From NCBI RefSeq assembly GCF_963921235.1, contig NC_086108.1, positions 48,424,001-48,488,000 on the forward strand: a stretch of DNA of 64,000 bases, read 5' to 3'. Shown in pieces: positions 36,401 to 51,400 of this stretch. Every line of letters begins with the position of its first letter. The stretch's first letter is position 1. Position numbers and translations under genes: made by a program. This stretch comes from Mobula hypostoma. Its lineage: Eukaryota. The notes beneath the pieces were generated by a model. That model made no database searches and was not told the DNA's origin. It saw only the letters and a program-made list of their open reading frames with translations.

Positions 36401-39400
36401 TTTATCTAGCTAGTTTATGTCAACCCTTCATTGGATCTGACCCAAGGCTACTTTAGCTCATTAATCTTCCACCAAAGGAGAATTTGTGCCTTATGTCACC
36501 TTTTTCTCTCCCAGAGCCAGACCCATTCAAATCAGTTCTGGCCGCCTCAAGCCAGTTGCTGAGCTCAGGTTACTTTAGTGCACAGATAGCTCTTTTCAGC
36601 TCTACTCACCTGGCCAACAGAATTACACGAAGGCCAGGCCGTATACGGTGACATAATTACTCCCTGAAAGACTGTGACCAAACTAATTAGCTTTTAGTAA
36701 CAACTGTGATATCAAGCTTTTTTCCAGATTTGTAACAATACAATTTAACTTGTCAAATTCTTAATCCACTATGATGGGATTTGAGCCTGGCCCTTCCGAA
36801 ATGATAGCTGAGACTTTTGGATTACCATTTGGGAGGCACGACCATGTTCCTGCCATCCACAGCCCATTGCCTCTACTTAAATGCTCACATCGTGTTGAAA
36901 ACCACCTGCTTAAATCTATATCCTGCTAGTCTTTTGTACATCTAGCTGGACAGCAGTTGTTAACCAAAGACCTTATGTGGGATTGTAAACTCTGCAAAAT
37001 GTTAAACCAGAAAATGCACAGTTGCTGCTGCAATCTACAAGTAACTAATTGGTCCTGAAGCACAGGTACTAATGAAAAGACAAAAGAGAAGCCCTATTTA
37101 GATGCACTTCCTGTTTCTTTTTTTTAAACCAGGTATTCCTTCTCAGAGGATGGTTCATTGCATATTGGCTCAGCTCAAGTAACAGATACAGGCCGTTATC
37201 TATGTATGGCAACCAATGCAGCAGGAACAGCTCGTAAGAGAATTGATGTACAGATCTATGGTAAATGCATTTCAAATCATTGGCATAAATTGCTGATAGC
37301 ATCTTGGATCCTATCTGATTTGCTGTTAAAGGTCTTGAACCTATGCACAGGGAGGTTTCACTTTCAAAATAGAAGGCTGCTTCTTTTAAAAACGCAAACA
37401 ACAGGAATTCTGCAGATGCTGGAAATTCAAGCAACACACATCAAAGTTGCTGGTGAACGCAGCAGGCCAGGCAGCATCTCTAGGAAGAGGTACAGTTGAC
37501 GTTTCAGGCCGAGACCCTTCGTCAGGACTAACTGAAGGAAGAGTGAGTAAGGGATTTGAAAGTTGGAGGGGGAGGGGCAGATCCAAAATGATAGGAGAAG
37601 ACAGGAGGGGGAGGGATGGAGCCAAGAGCTGGACAGGTGATTGGCAAAAGGGATATGAGAGGATCATGGGACAGGAGGTCTGGGAAGAAAGACAAGGTGG
37701 GAGGGGAACCCAGAGGATGGGCAAAGGGTATATTCAGAGGGACAGAGGGAGAAAAGGGAGAGTGCGAGAAAGAATGTGTGTATATAAATAAATAACAGAT
37801 GGGGTACGAGGGGGAGGTGGGCATTAGCGGAAGTTAGAGAAGTCGATGTTCATGCCATCAGGTTGGAGGCTACCCAGACGGAATATAAGGTGTTGTTCCT
37901 CCAACCTGAGTGTGGCTTCATCTTTACAGTAGAGGAGGCCGTGGATAGACATGTCAGAATGGGAATGGGATGTGGAATTAAAATGTGTGGCCGCTCTGTC
38001 CGCCAGAGAAAGCAGGATCTCCCAGTGGCCACACATTTTAATTCCATATCCCATTCCCATTCTGACATGTCTATCCACGGCCTCCTCTACTGTAAAGATG
38101 AAGCCACACTCAGGTTGGAGGAACAACACCTTATATTCCGTCTGGGTAGCCTCCAACCTGATGGCATGAACATCGACTTCTCTAACCCGCTAATGCCCCA
38201 CCTCCCCCTCGTACCCCATCTGTTATTTATTTATATACACACATTCTTTCTCGCACTCTCCCTTTTCTCCCTCTGTCCCTCTGAATATACCCCTTGCCCA
38301 TCCTCTGGGTTCCCCCCTCCTTGTCTTTCTTCCCGGACCTCCTGTCCCATGATCCTCTCGTATCCCTTTTGTCAATCACCTGTCCAGCTCTTGGCTCTAT
38401 CCCTCCCCCTCCTGTCTTCTCCTATCATTTTGGATCTCCCCCTCCCCCTCCAACTTTCAAATCCCTTACTCACTCTTCCTTCAGTTAGTCCTGACGAAGG
38501 GTCTCGGCCTGAAACGTTGACTGTACCTCTTCCTAGAGATGCCGCCTGGCCGGCTGCGTTCACAGGCTGCTTCTTTTGAAGTCACATCAGCTATAAGTGT
38601 CTTCAGTTAAGTTATTTTATTAGAGTTACAGCTTGGAACAAGTCCTAATGGACCTTTGAGCTGCACCAGCCAACAACCCACCGATTTAATCGTAGGCTGA
38701 TCACGGGACAATTTGCAATGCCTGATTAGCTTACTAACCGGTAAATCTTTTGATTGTGGGAGGAAACTGGAGCACCCTGGGAAAAACCCATGCACACATA
38801 GGAAGGAACGTACAAACTCACTTACAGAGGACGCCGGAACTGCGCTCTGAACTCCAACGCCCCGAGCTGCTGTGCGAACCACTAAACCACTGTGACACCC
38901 CATTGTAAAATCAGTTGATAATGTGAGGCAGAATCCCATGCAATGCACATTTTATTTTATCTTTGTCTGCTTTTAGATTAACATAGAAATGCTAAAAATA
39001 GGAGCAGGAATAGAGCATTTGTCCCCCAGCACTGCTCTGTCATCTCAATACCACATTTCTGCTCTCACAGGGAAGATCAACTTCTGTATTTTGTACTAGA
39101 ACAGGCTGAGGAATCTCAGGAGACCTGCTACTTTCCAAATAATTGTAAACAATTAAAAACATTGGGAAGAATTTTTCACATGAGCAAATAAACTTTACTT
39201 CTTGAATAGAATGAGTTTCCTAAGCCCCTTAATTGCAATACCACCCTTATCATGTGTATTTCTTTGTTAAATTTGATTTTTGTTCATCAGGCACTTCAGA
39301 CCCATTTACGAATGATGCTTCATTTTCTGGCACATAGTTTACACTGTTCCTATAAAAGGTCACTAAGATGAAAGGTTATCATTTTTCTCTCTCCACAAAT

Positions 39401-42400
39401 GTTACTTGAGCTGAATCGTCTATTTTCAGTTTGGATGTGCACCACATAATGTGTCTCCAGCTAATTACCTTCTCTTACTTTCAATGCACCAACCACCACT
39501 GCTCAAAAGAAGCAGAAGATATGGTATTTAATATGTCCTGCTCACTTCCAGTACAGGATGTACTGTCTATGTTAAATTGCTATCGCATTTCTTATCAGTA
39601 ATGTTTCGTTATTAGAACTAAGCAACCTTTACAGATTGTTATCTATCTGTGCAAATGAGCCACACAGTTCCATTGAAGCATTCATTGTATTATTAAACAG
39701 CTCCGTTTGTCCAAGTCAGTTTTCCATGATTTCTTCCAGTTCCTCCATCCATTGCTCCTGGCCTCAACAATATCACCATTCTAGTCAATGTGCAGACCAC
39801 TCTGGCTTGCGAAGCTTCTGGTATCCCAAAGCCAACAGTCAGCTGGAAGAAAAATGGACGCCTACTCAGCACTGATCAGAATCAGAATATGTACAGGTGA
39901 TTATACCTCGTGGTCCTGAAAATAATGATTTATAATTTATAAAATCATGGAATCATAAGAAACAGTCACAGGCCCTTCAGCTCACTACACCCATCCAACC
40001 ACCTATCTATAATCCAGCATTTCATCTAGAACTTACAGTGCCTTGCTGTTTCAATGCTCATCGAAGTACTTTATGAATGTGTGAGAGCACCTGCCTTACC
40101 CATCCACTCAGGTAGTGCGTTTCATATTCCAGCATCCTGGGTGAAAAGATTCTTCCAAAGATCCCTTGAAAATGTTGTTGTCTGGTTTCAGATAATCCTG
40201 CTGTGGTGAAATCCTGCTTCCTATCTACAGTATGTCCCCCATTCCTTTCATATCTCTTTTCATCCTCCTCTGCTCCAGGAGAAACAAACTCAGCCAATCC
40301 AGTCTCTTTTCAGAAGCTTCAAAGTGTCTCAAAGAACTCAGCAACTTCTCAGAAAGGCAATGACGATAAATTTGCCCTTGTTTGATTGACTGTTTTTTAT
40401 TATTTTCACATCGGTCCTTACACTCGTAAGACAAAATAATCATTTGCTGAACTGAATCTGAATCAGAATCAGGTTTAATATCACTGGCATATGTTGTGAA
40501 ATTTGTTGTTTTGCAGCAATTGAAATACATAATTTATTTTTATATGTCCTTATCATAATTTATAATTTTTATTACTAACTAGTGCAAAAAGAGATGGAAA
40601 AATTGAAGTAGTGTTCATGAGTTCATTGTCCATTCAGAAGTCGGATGGTGGGTGGTAAGAAACTGTTCCTGAAACTGGAAGTTTATACTAAAGAAGAGGT
40701 GACAGGTAATAAGTGAAGCCAGGTGAGGGCGAAGGTAGGTGTTGGGGCGGGGGGGGGGGTAATAAAGTGAGAAGCTGAAGAAGGAGGAATCTGATAGAGT
40801 AGAGTGGACCATGGGAGAAACAGGAGGAGGAGAAACACCATAGGCAGGTAATAGGCATATGAGGAGAGGAGAAGGGGTAAGAGGGAACCAGAATGGTGAT
40901 TCAGTGTTACTGTCTTCAGGTTGGAGGATACCCTTGAACATCCTGACAGAATAATCATCAATTTCTCCAGTGAATGGTACTTTATTCCCTTCCCCCTTCA
41001 TTCATTCTCTATTGTTGCTCCCCTCTTACCTCTTCTCTTCTTGTCACCTGCCCATCACCTCCGTCCAGTACCCCTCCTCCTTCCCTTTTCCCCATGGTCA
41101 CTCTCCTCTCCTATCCTCCTCCTTCAGCCCTTTACCTTTTCCACCTATCACCGACCAGCTTTTCATTTCATCCTCCCCTCCGCCATTCGTCTACCTTCCC
41201 TCTCACCTGGCTTTACCTATCACCTGCCAGCTTGTACTCCTTCCCCTCTCCCCACCTTCTTATTCTGGGTTCCTTCCCCTTCCTTTCCAGTCCTGATGAA
41301 GAGTCTCAGCCTGAAATGTTGTTTGTTTATTCCTCTCCATAGATGCTGCCTGACCTGCTGAGTTCCTCCAACATGTTGTATGTGTTACCCTTGATTTCCA
41401 GCAGCTGAAGACTCTTTTGTGTTTACTCTGTGAAAAATTCTGTCCTTTTGTTAATGCAGTAAGAAAAAAATGCTATATTACTTCATTATATAAAAAATGC
41501 TATATGATATCACAGCGGTGCTCAGTCAGACCAGACTGGATAGCTTGTTTAGTAAGGCTTTATGGGCAGAACTGAAGAATAAGAAAGGTATGACCACATT
41601 AATAGGATTGTATATAGACCACCCAACAGTTCATGGGATTTAATGGAACAAATGTGTAGAGAGATGGCAGACTGTTGCAAGAAGCCTTATGTGATAGTAG
41701 GTGATTTGAGCTTTCCACATACTGACTGGGAATGGAATACTGTAAAAGAACTGGATGGGAAAAAGTTTGTCAAATGTGTTCAGGTAAGTTTCTTTAATCA
41801 GTACATAGAGAAAGAAAAGCAGATATAAATAAGATTAAAAGGGCGCAGAGAAAATTTACAAGTATGTTGCCAGGACTTGAGGACCTGAGTTATAGGAAAG
41901 GTTGAATAGGTTAGAACATTACTCCTAGAATGTAGAAGATTTAGGGGAGATTTGATGGAGGTATACAAAATTATGAGGAGTACAGGAAAGGTAAATAAAG
42001 CAGGCTTTTTCCACAGAGGTTGGATGAGACTACAACTAGGCCTAGGCTACCCATCTTTCCTGATTGAAGGAGGATTCAGTTAGGCAGTGGACCAAAACAA
42101 TGTGATAAAAGAAAACATTTATCATGAGTTAACTATTTTAATATCTTTGCATTAGACTGCTTTCCTCTGGTTCACTTGTAATCATCTCACCCACTGTGGA
42201 AGACACGGCACGTTATGAGTGCAAAGTCTCGAACCATGCTGGAGAAGATCAAAAAGCCATCCAGCTTACTGTACAAGGTGGGTATTATCAAGTTAAGTTG
42301 CAGCTGATTTTTCACTTTGAGAGCATGATACTTACAGCTTCATCCTGTTTAATGCATGCTTTTGTGCTTTATTTTAACACAGCTGACAACCTATTTACTT

Positions 42401-45400
42401 TTAATAACTAGAGTAGTTGCGGGTTAATTGCAACACATCAGGATTAGAACATTTTGGCACAGTTAAGCCGCTGCCATAATTGGTCGAAGTCTCATGGAAA
42501 CAGTTAAAATGGTATAAAAGGACAAACTGAGTAGTAAATTATGTATTAAATTAAATAATGGAACAAATTAGAACACTACCAATAGTACTACAGTATAAAA
42601 CTGTGTATTAGTGCCTAATAGTAATCAATAGAAGAATTCATCCCTAATGCACAATGAGCAAAATCATTACGGACACCAAGTGCAGATAATGGATTGACTT
42701 CATACAATGTTACCAATGACTGCATTCTCCAAATACTCACTTTAATTGTAACATTCAGCATGACTGTTGATGCCTTCAAATTTTTTATAGTTCCTAACTT
42801 GTTGAAGTAGTGAAATCATTTAATTTTCACTCCTGGACGATTCTGGTATCTCCAAGCCTGAATGTTTGAAAGGACAGTGAGAAAAACAGTTCTGAATTGT
42901 CTTGCTGCTTATTCCTCGTCAACTGTCACTGACAAAAAAAATCACTTTTTTAATGCACAATACACACATTACTGATGCCATTAAACAACTGATCACTCTA
43001 AGTGCAGTGTAGCATCTAACAGCCACAGAAGAGCACGTGACTGGTGCTAGTTAGAACTTATACGGCAACAGTCTCCAGTGGCAAAGTGTCCCAAATAAAT
43101 GAAAGGAATCCCTGCAATTTTCTCAATTAGTTTTTGTCCTTTAAGAGTTGTCCCAAATAAGTGACTGCTCCAATTAGCCAATGGCCAATTAAGTGGAATC
43201 CACTGTATTACCCATAGTAATATTAATGGAACCACAATTTATTAAAGTAAGTTAGTCAATTCTTTACTCTGAAAAAAATATATTGTGAGTTTTGATATCA
43301 ATCCAGATGTACATGAAGGGGGAATGGCCACTCTCCACTTCCCTTCACAAATACTGCTGAATTTATATTCCTCTGTACACTCATGTATCAGGTCACATCA
43401 CCTGTTGCATAAAATATGCAGAGTCCCATTGATACAAATAACCTCTCAGTATGGAATTCCATCTGTTGCTATTGGAATCATTTACCTCAGTTAATAACTT
43501 GCTGCGATTTAATGTTTATTGCTATACTTAGAAAAATGGTTGGTTAATTAGACCATAAAACCAAAAGATAGAGCTGCAGAATCGAAGCGGCTCTGCTATT
43601 TCATCATGGCTGTTCCAATTTTCCTCTCAGCCCCAATCTCCTGCCTTCTCCCTGTATCCCTTCATGCCCTGACCAATCAAGGATCTATCAACTTCTGCCT
43701 TAAATATACATAAAGACTTGGCCTCCACCTCTGCCTGTGGCAAATAATTCCACAGATTCAACACTCTCTGGCTAAGGAAATTCCTCCTCATCTCCGTTAT
43801 AAAAGGACACCCCTCTATTTTAAGGGTGCGGACCTAGACTCTCCCACCATAGGAAACATCCTCACCACATCCACTCAATCAAAGCCTTTCACTATTCCAA
43901 AAATGCTGGTGAACGCAGCAGGCCAGGCAGCATCCATAGGAAGAGGTACAGTCGACATTTTGGGCGAGACCCTTCGTCAGGACTAACAAATTTCCTCATG
44001 TTTGCCTTTCACTATTCAATAGGTTTCAATGAGGTTACCCCTCGTTCTTCTGAATTTTAGTGAATACAGGCCCAGAGCCATCAAACACTCTTCATATGAC
44101 AAGACATTCAATCATGAAATCATTTTCATGAACCTCCTTTGAACCCTCTCCAGTTTCAGCACATCCTTTCTAAGATAAGAAGCCCAGACCTGCTCACAAT
44201 ACTCCAAGCGAGGCCTCACCAGTGCTTTATAAAGTTGCAACATTATATCCTGTCTTTTATATTCTAGTCCTCTTGAAATGAATGCTAACATTGCATTTGC
44301 CTTTCTCACCACAGACTCAATGTGCAAATTAACCTCTAGGGAAGCATGCACAAGGACTCCCAAGTCCCTTTGGACCTCAGTATTTTGAATTTTCACTTCA
44401 TTTAGAAAATAGTCAAACCTTTCTTTTCTCCTACCAAGGTGCATGACCATACACTTCCCGACAGTGTATTCCATCCGACATTTCTTTGCCCATTCTCCTA
44501 ATCTGTCTAAGTCCTTTTGTAGAAAAATAAGTACATTCCCCTCCACCTCTCTTCATATTGTCTGCAACTTTTACAACAAAGCCATCAATTCCGTTATCCG
44601 AATCACTGCCATACAACATAAAAAGAATTGGTCCCAACATATACCCCTGTGGAACACCAGTATTCACCAGCAGCCAGCCAGAAAGGGCTCCCTTTATTCC
44701 TTCTCTTTGCCTCCTGCCAATCAGGCACTGCTTTATCCATGCAAGAAACTTCCTTGTAATGCCTCATATATGGCACCTTATCAAAGGCCTTCTGAAAATC
44801 CAAGTACGTTACATCAACTGATTCTCCTTTGTCTATCCTGCTTGTTATTTCTTCAAAGAATTCCAACAAATTTGTCAGGCAAGATTTTCCCTTAAGGAAA
44901 TCATGCTGACTATGGCCTAATTTATCATGTGCCTCCAAGTACCCTGAGACCTCATCCTTAATAATCGACTCCAATATCTTCCCAACCATTGAGGTCAGAC
45001 TAACTGGCCCATTGTTTCCTTTCTTCTGACTTTCTCCCTTCTTGAAAAGTGGAGTGACATTTGCAATTTTCCTGTCTTCTGGAACCATTGCAGAATCTAA
45101 TGATTCTTGAAAGATCATTACCGATGTCTCCATGATCTCTTCAGCCACCTCTTTCACAACTCTGGGGTGTACACCATCTGGTCCAGGTGACTTATCTACC
45201 TCCAAATCTTTCAATTTCCCAAGAACCTTCTCTCTAATTATGGTAACTTCACACACATGCCCGCTGACTCCTGGAACTTCCACCATACTGCTAATGTTTT
45301 TCACAGTGAAAACTGATGAAAAATACTTATTCAGTTTGTCCACCATTTCATTGTCCCTCATTACTACCTCTCCAGCACCTTTCTTCAGCAGTCCAATATC

Positions 45401-48400
45401 CACTCTCGCTTCTCTTTTACACTTTATGTATCTGAAGAAACTTTTGGTATCCTCTTTAATATTATTGGCTAGCTTACTTCTGTATTTCATCTTTGCCATC
45501 TTAATACTTTTCTAGTTGCCTTCTGTTGATTTTAAAAGCTTCACAATCGTCTAACTCTCCACTAGTTTTTGTGCTATTATATGCCCTCTCTTTGGCTTTT
45601 ATGTTGGCTTTGACATCTCCTGCTAACCACAGTTGTGTCATCTTTGCTTTGGATTACGTCTTCCTCTTTGGGATGTATATATCTTGTGCTTTCCAAATTC
45701 CTTCCAGAATTCCAGCTATTGCTGCTCTGTCATCGTCCCTGCCCATGTTATTTTCCAATTAATTTTGGCCAATTCCTCTCTCATGCCTCTGTAAATCCCT
45801 TTATTCCACTCTAATACTGATACATCTGACTTTAGCTTCTCCTTCTCAGGTTTCAGGGTGAATTCGATCATATTATGATCACTTGCTCTAAGGATTCTTT
45901 TACCTTAAGCTCCCTAATCAGTTCCGGTTCATTGCACAACACCCAATCCAAAATAACTGATCTCTAGTGGGCTCAACCATGAGCTGCTCTAAAAAGCCAT
46001 CTCGTAGGCATTCTAGAAATTGCCTCTCCTGTAATCCAACACCAACCTGATTTTCCCAATCTACCTGCATATTAAAGTACATGACCATTGTAACATTGTC
46101 CTTTTGGCATGTATTTTCTATCTCCCATTGTAACTTGTAGGCCATATCCTTACTACTGTTTGGAGGTTTGTATACAACTCCTACCAGGGTCTTTTCACCC
46201 TTGCAGTTCCTTAGCTTTGACCGCAATGATTCAACACCTTCTGGCCTTATGTCACCTGTTTCTTATGATTTGATCTCATATTTTACCATAGGGTAACGCC
46301 ATACCCTCTGCCTTCCTGCCTATTCTTTTGATACAATGTATACCCTTGGATATTAAGCTCCCAGCTATAATCTTTCAGCCACCTACAACATCATACCTGC
46401 CAATTTGGAACTGTGCTGCAGGTTCATCTACCTTATTCCATAATCTGCACATATTGAAATACACCTTCAGTCCTGTATTCAACCTTTTCAATTTTGTCCG
46501 CCTTTTACATTGCGACATATTCTGTTGACTACAATGTTGCCCTATCAACAGCCTCCCCTCACTACACATTGCCTCTGTTTGTAAACCAGCTAGCTCATCA
46601 TCAGCACTATTATCGGCCTTTCATATGATACTTATTGCATTGAAATATAGGCAGCTCAGGACACTGGTCACACCATGCTCAACCTTTTGATTCCTAACTC
46701 TACCTGAGGTCTTGCCAATATCTACCTCCACAACCTCTTCATTAACTGTTCTGGCGCTGTGGTTCCCATCCCCCTGCAACTCTAGTTTAAACCCCACCGT
46801 GCAGCATTAACAAACCTTCCCGCTAGAATATTGACCCCCTCCAGTTCAGGTGCAAGCCGCCCTTTCTGTACAGGTCCCACCTTCCTGGAACAATCCAAAT
46901 ATCTTATGCCTTCCCTCCTACACCAACTCCTTAGCTATGTATTAAACTGTATTAGTTGGTTTAAAATGTGGATGGGAATAAAAAGACATCTGTAACTGTG
47001 TGTGTATGTGTCTTTGATTGTGTTAGTTCATGTGCATTTTTCAGGTTAAGATCATCTCCATTCCAACTCATGGGTAACTGCCACACTCATGTTCAAGTAA
47101 AAACTGAAAAATTAGTGTTGAGTGGTTTTTGTTTGGAAGTTGGGTTCATTAATATCAAAGCTACTTATTTTTCCTACCAATAAAATGCCTCTTGACAAGA
47201 GTGCCAGTTGTTCTTCTTGTGTTTGATTGATTCAGCTCAAGTAGAACTATTGGCCCTAAGGATCATCAGAGTCTCTTTTCCACCCATCTGAGATATTTAT
47301 CAGGAGTGCTGTTTACTCAGGGCCCTTGCCACTGTCCATGATCCTTCCCATCCATTCAACAATCTCTTTGATCCTCTACTATCAGACAGGAGGTATGATA
47401 GCATTAAGACAAGGACTTTTAGAATGAAGAAACAGCTGCTTCCCCTGGGCTGAGAGGACTGCTGAACTCCCAGCCACCACCCAGATCTTATCACATATGA
47501 GGCGGCAGAAGTATTATACTGTTTGTTTTTTAACTTGTGTAGTAAATGCACCTTATTATTTCTTAATTTAATGTTGGCAATATTACTTTGTATTGCATGT
47601 GTGAATTATATGTACTGTATTGTGCACCTTGGTCCGGAGGAGCATTGGTTCGCTTGGCAGTATACATGTGTACAGTTGAATGTCAATAAACTGAACTTGA
47701 ACTTTCTGTTTAGTTCCTCCTTCAATTGCTGATGAGGCGACTGATTTGTTGGTAACACGGTTGACACCAGCTGTTATTACTTGCACTGCCTCTGGTGTCC
47801 CAGAACCAAGGATTCACTGGACCAAAGATGGGGTCAGGCTGCCAGCACAAGGAGAAGGCTATCTCATTCTCTCCACAGGTAATAGTGTGAACAGATTCCT
47901 TGAAGTTCTGGAAATTATGGAGGGGTACAATACCTGAAAGATAGAGAAAAGTAAGCTTCTATATATAAGAACTGATAATCTGCCAGAATAAAAATAAGAA
48001 TCCATTCTTTGTTTGCCAAGAAGCTGCAATGTTGTACCTGCTGCTTGATGGTAGTAATGAGAAGAGGGCATGTCCTGGATGTGAGGGTCTTTCTGCCTTT
48101 TTGAGGCACTGCCTCTTGAAGATGTCTTCATGGTGGGGAGGCTCGTGCCGGTGACAGAGCTGGTTGAGTCTACAAACTTCTGAAGCCTCTTATCATTCTG
48201 TGCATTGGCGCCTCCATACCAGGGGATGATGCAACCAGTCAGAGTGCTGTCCACAGTACATCTGTTCAAATTTGCCTTTGGTGACATACCACATCTTCTC
48301 AAACTCCTAATGAAGTGTAGCTGCTGGCGTGCCTTCATTGTGATTACATGAACATGGTGGGCCCAGGGTAGATCCTCTGCAATGCTGATATCCAGAAACT

Positions 48401-51400
48401 TGAAGCTGTTCATCCTTTCCACCACTGACCTTTCAGTGAGGATTGGTGCAGCTCCCCTGACTTCCCCTGTTTGAAGTCTACAATCAGTTTTTGCTGACAA
48501 TGAATTCAAGGTTAATATTGCGATACCACTGGGAATGAGCTATCAGCCAATATTAAGCATAAAGTTTATACATGGAGAATATATTGATTGGCTACATCAT
48601 AACCTAGTATGGAAACACCAAGGCTTTTGAATGGAAGATCATATAAATTGAGCATGCGGAATACTAAGGACATTAAGGATATTTTCCTATATAAAGACAC
48701 ACCGCAGAGATTAAGTCAGCCTGCAAGTAAAAATATATTTTCATTGACTTTAAATTTTAAGGAAGATTTTATCCATTTTAATTATTTTGTTACTTTTCTG
48801 ATTACTTTAACATGTAGGCACCTTTTGGCTTGTGACAGATCTTTATTATTGTACAACAAGTAAACTATAAATATATTATTATTGTACAGTTAGCTTTTCT
48901 TTCACCACAACTTCTTGTTAATTCAGGAACAATTGAGATCAGTGCTGCCCAGCTCAATCACACAGGAAGATACACATGTATTGCAAAGAATGCTGCTGGC
49001 TCTGCACGTAGGCAAGTCAATCTCCGTGTGCAAGGTAGGTAGTTATATTTACACAATTTTATTTCCATGATCAGGAATTAAAACACCATTCATTGTGAAG
49101 TAAATTACTTTTGTTTTCATCACTATTCCTTCCCAATATCACAGTCATGCCAATTTACTCAATCATTCAAGGGACTATTTAATCAGTTGTATAAGAATCT
49201 CCAGTCACCGGGAGTTTATTGCATTGCTTTTCTTTGTTGGATTGCATAATTTTGAAATCAAACATATTGTAAGCATATAGCTCTTCAAGAAAGAACAACT
49301 ATTTGCAACTCCAGTTGGTTTTAGACTGAGCTAATAGTCACATTTCAGAACACTCTCTACTTTTACTTACTCTTAGGACTCTTAACTTTGGCCTTAGTTT
49401 TATCTACTATTGAAAAGTAGGTTTAACTTGTTCAACCAAATTCTGGCCATCATACCTCCTCCCAGTCTGGAAGCGAGATTGTCAGAGATACTCTCACCCA
49501 GGTTCTTACTCATACAGTCTCAATCAGCGCTTATGTTTCATGGCTTTCAATAGGTACAAGTTGAAATTTCAAATCCTCATCCTAGCCTTCAAATCTGTAT
49601 GTGATATCACTCCTGGCCTTTTTTTCAGTAACCTCTAGCTTTACAAACCTTGTAGATATTTGTGCTCCTCCAAATCTGATCTCCAGATCAAACCCACCAT
49701 TGGCAGCTTTACTCTGAGCTGCCAACACTTTGGAATTCTCTGTGAAACTGCTCCCCTATCCATCTTTCCTCCTTTTAAGATTCTCCTTGAGAGGTGATCT
49801 TAATGAAACACACAAGACTCCTGCTGACATGAAAGGATAAATATCAAAATGTTGTCACAATTGAGGAACTCAAACAATGGGACATAGTTAGAAGATTAGT
49901 CGTTGGTCATTTAAAAACTGAGGTGTGGAGGAATTTGTTCTTGCAGAGCATGAAGAACCTCTGGAATTCTCTACCCTGGAGGTTTGAAGAGGCTAGATCT
50001 TTTAGGATATGTAAAAGAGAAGTAGATAAAATTTTGAACAGTCAGGGAAGAGAGGCTGATGGGGAACTGACACAAAGGAGACATGTGAGTACAGGGCAGG
50101 CCTGAGGGGCCAAAACACCTCTGCATACTGCTGTATTCTTATGTTCTGAAGTTTTATATCCATCTTATTTCCCTGTCCAGTTGCTTCACTCCAATGGCTT
50201 TCGATTTCTTTACACTTCCCAGTACCATTTCATTTATTTTATATTTCTTTGTTGCATTTAGACTAATTACGTTTTTCTGCACAGTTGACTAGATAATTTT
50301 TTCTCCTTCCTCAGTCAAAAGTTTTCCCTCTCCTATGAAGCACACAGCTGAACTCCCCCCTCTGATCCCAGCTCTCATCCGTGCCGGATCTTTACCATCC
50401 CCTCCGACCTTCAACTGTCTGAGGCAGAACGCTCTGTCCTCAGTAAGGGCCTCACTTTTGTCCCCCTTCGCCCACACCTCAGCGAGTTCCGTGTTCGCCA
50501 TGATGCGGAACTCTTCTTCTGCCGTCTCCGTCTCCAAGCCTACTTCTTGGCAAGGACTCTTCCACCCCCACCGATGATCCCTTCTCCCGCCTTCAACCCT
50601 CCTCCTCTTCATGGACACCCCTACTCTGGTCTTCTGCCTGCCCTGGATCTCTTTATTGCTAACTGCGAACGGGACATCAACCGTCTCGACTTCACCACAC
50701 CTTGTTCCAATTCCAACCTCACTCCTTCCGAACACTCTGCTCTCCACTCCCTCCGCACTAATCCTAACCTTATTATTAAACCCGCCGATAAAGGGGGTGC
50801 TGTTGTAGTCTGGCGCACTGACCTCTACCTTGCCGAGACACAGCGACAACTCACAGATACCTCCTCTTATTTGCCCCTCGATCGTGACCCCACTAAGGAG
50901 CACTAGGCCATTGTCTCCCACACCATCGCCGACTTTATCCGCCCAGGGGATCTCCCACCCTCTGCTACCAACCTTATAGTTCCCACACCTCGCACTTCCT
51001 GTTTCTACCTCCCACCCAAGATCCACAAACCTGCCTGTCCTGGCAGACCTATTGTCTCAGCTTGCTCCTGCCCCACCAAACTCGTTTCTGCATACCTCGA
51101 CACGGTTTTATCCCCCCTTGTTCAATCCCTTCCTACCTATGTTTGTGACACTTCTCACACTCTTAAACTTTTCGATGATTTTAAGTTCCCTGGCCCCCAC
51201 CGCTTTATTTTCATCATAGATGTCCAGTCCTTATATACTTCCATCCCCCATCAGGAAGGTCTCAAACCTCTCCGCTTCTTTTTGGATTCCAGACCTAATC
51301 AGTTCCCCTCTACCACCACTCTGCTCCATCTAGTGGAATTAGTCCTTACTCTTAATAATTTCTCCTTTGGCTCCTCCCACTTCCTCCAAACTAAAGGTGT

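Noticed and set aside
37863..38579. 238-aa ORF suggesting a novel chimeric protein
   Set aside because: Runs through the palindrome junction, joining antisense and sense Penelope sequence and 3' UTR.
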